Position numbers and translations under genes: made by a program | Shown here: positions 62,855 to 64,000 of the stretch, piece by piece | Layout: each line of letters opens with the position of its first letter | Numbering within the stretch: the stretch's first letter is position 1 | The notes under the pieces: generated by a model | The model's database searches: none | What the model saw: only the letters and a program-made list of their open reading frames with translations | What the model was told of the DNA's origin: nothing | From: a virus | Lineage: Duplodnaviria > Caudoviricetes | DNA length: 64,000 nucleotides | Direction: 5' to 3' (one strand) | Virus record (IMG/VR): IMGVR_UViG_2821032209_000001 | Location: 484 to 64,483 of that record

Positions 62855-64000
62855 TTGGCCAAAATTAAGAAGCGATCCTGGGAGAATGCCAGCGGACAGC
62901 ATGAGGCTTGGCAACTCGATTTTACGGATCGTCTCGGCAAGCGGCACCGTGAGCAGTTCACAAAGAAGCGCGAAGCAGAAGCAAGGCTGGCTGAACTCAT
63001 CGCCACGACAGGTTCAGCCACTTACAAGGAAGAGGCGAAGAAAACTACAGTTGCGGATGTTTGCGACGATTTCTATAAAGCCATGGAGCTACGCCACAAG
63101 CGCGGCGAGAAGGTCGTTCAGTCCTATCTTCGGACGACAAAGCAGCATTTCGATAATTGGATCAACCCTACCGATGAAAGCAGCATTGGCTTCGAAAACG
63201 GCATTGGCGAGAAAACGCTGGCAGAGCTAACGACAGCCGATGTCATCAAGTTTCGTGATGACATGCGCAATGCTGGGGCGGGAATTGTCACAACGCGGCG
63301 CGTCCTAGGCACGTTAAGCCGCACCCTCAAGCATGGTATTGAAACGAACAAGGTCGGTGTAAACGTTGCGAAGGGTGTCCGCGTCATTGGAAAGCGAGAC
63401 GAAGGATCTGAGCGAGTAACGCCGCCGTCTAAGATGGCTTTAGCGGCAATTCTCAATCTGGCTCAGGCGCCTATCGACCTGCGTATCCGCTTTGCCGCTG
63501 CCACTGGCCTGCGTGCTTCCGAACAGTGGGCGCTGCGATGGACGCATATAGATATGGAAAACGGTCACGTCAGTGTCGAGACGCGCGTTGATGCCTATGG
63601 CGAGTTTGACACGACAAAGTCAGGGGCGGGCCGCCGAACCGTTCCAATCGGCAAGGCGATGATTGATCAGCTGAAGACGTGGAAAGCGTCGTCCAAGCAT
63701 AACGGATTTGACGACTTCGTGTTTGCCGACAGCAGGGGCGGATTCATCAGGCACACGAACTTTATGAAGCGGGATTGGAAACCCCTTATAGCCGAGACAA
63801 ACGCCCCGGATATCGGATGGCACGCCTTGAGGCATTATGCGATTTCGACGTGGATCGAAGCCGGCCTTTCCCCCAAGGCCGTGCAGACATTGGCAGGGCA
63901 TGCCAGTTACGCAATAACCATGAATCGATACGGCCATCTGTTCCCATCCGACGATCATAAGGCAGCATTCGACAGGATTGCCGAAACGCTAGCCTCATGA
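62855..64000 (+). CDS. int: Tyrosine recombinase (phage integrase)
   Basis: TGLRASE (R), TTKS (K), HALRH, AGHAS...RYGH (Y); TTG start after AGGAG. Confidence 0.93.
   Translation: MAKIKKRSWENASGQHEAWQLDFTDRLGKRHREQFTKKREAEARLAELIATTGSATYKEEAKKTTVADVCDDFYKAMELRHKRGEKVVQSYLRTTKQHFDNWINPTDESSIGFENGIGEKTLAELTTADVIKFRDDMRNAGAGIVTTRRVLGTLSRTLKHGIETNKVGVNVAKGVRVIGKRDEGSERVTPPSKMALAAILNLAQAPIDLRIRFAAATGLRASEQWALRWTHIDMENGHVSVETRVDAYGEFDTTKSGAGRRTVPIGKAMIDQLKTWKASSKHNGFDDFVFADSRGGFIRHTNFMKRDWKPLIAETNAPDIGWHALRHYAISTWIEAGLSPKAVQTLAGHASYAITMNRYGHLFPSDDHKAAFDRIAETLAS

Larger units (their letters stand above)
1..64000. mobile_element. Temperate siphovirus-like prophage (HK97-type head, long non-contractile tail); left end and att sites lie outside or are not identifiable
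   Basis: Complete set of phage modules in lambdoid order: repressor, recombination/replication, terminase-portal-protease-capsid, tail, lysis, tyrosine integrase. Confidence 0.97.

Noticed and set aside
62776-64000. att site near the integrase
   Set aside because: The window ends at the int stop codon and no matching direct repeat could be identified by eye

Overview
The whole window is one temperate siphovirus-type prophage of a Rhizobiales host. The host assignment is an inference from alphaproteobacterial LexA, CtrA and general-stress promoter motifs, DUF982, CsbD and Ku genes; an Ochrobactrum/Brucella/Rhizobium-like host is likely. Gene order: leftward early operon (Dam-like MTase, Lar-like protein); cI-type S24 repressor; rightward recombination/replication operon (Sak4, DUF669, nucleotidyltransferase, beta clamp, Cas4-like nuclease, SF2 helicase, MTases, Prim-Pol); VRR-NUC; putative late regulator; tRNA-Met(CAT); HNHs; HK97-like head genes; non-contractile tail; O-acyltransferase moron; GH19 lysis cassette; a low-GC two-gene island with a candidate structured RNA; a metallophosphoesterase operon; two Ku genes; SRAP; a LexA-boxed small-gene operon; and a tyrosine integrase at the right edge. 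Four signals stand out. (1) An ssrA/tmRNA-tag-like peptide (A)ANDN, often followed by a C-terminal AA/VA, is hard-coded with varying synonymous codons in about 14 non-structural proteins and no virion protein. (2) A recurrent translation-initiation module consists of a hairpin with a variable stem and a conserved CYACCAA loop, a C/A tract and ACACGAGGAG. (3) A C5 methyltransferase has a second subunit nested in an alternative frame. (4) A putative ncRNA lies next to a LOTUS/OST-HTH-like gene and a His/Cys-rich gene, a possible uncharacterised defence system. All family assignments are from motif recognition by eye; no searches were run.
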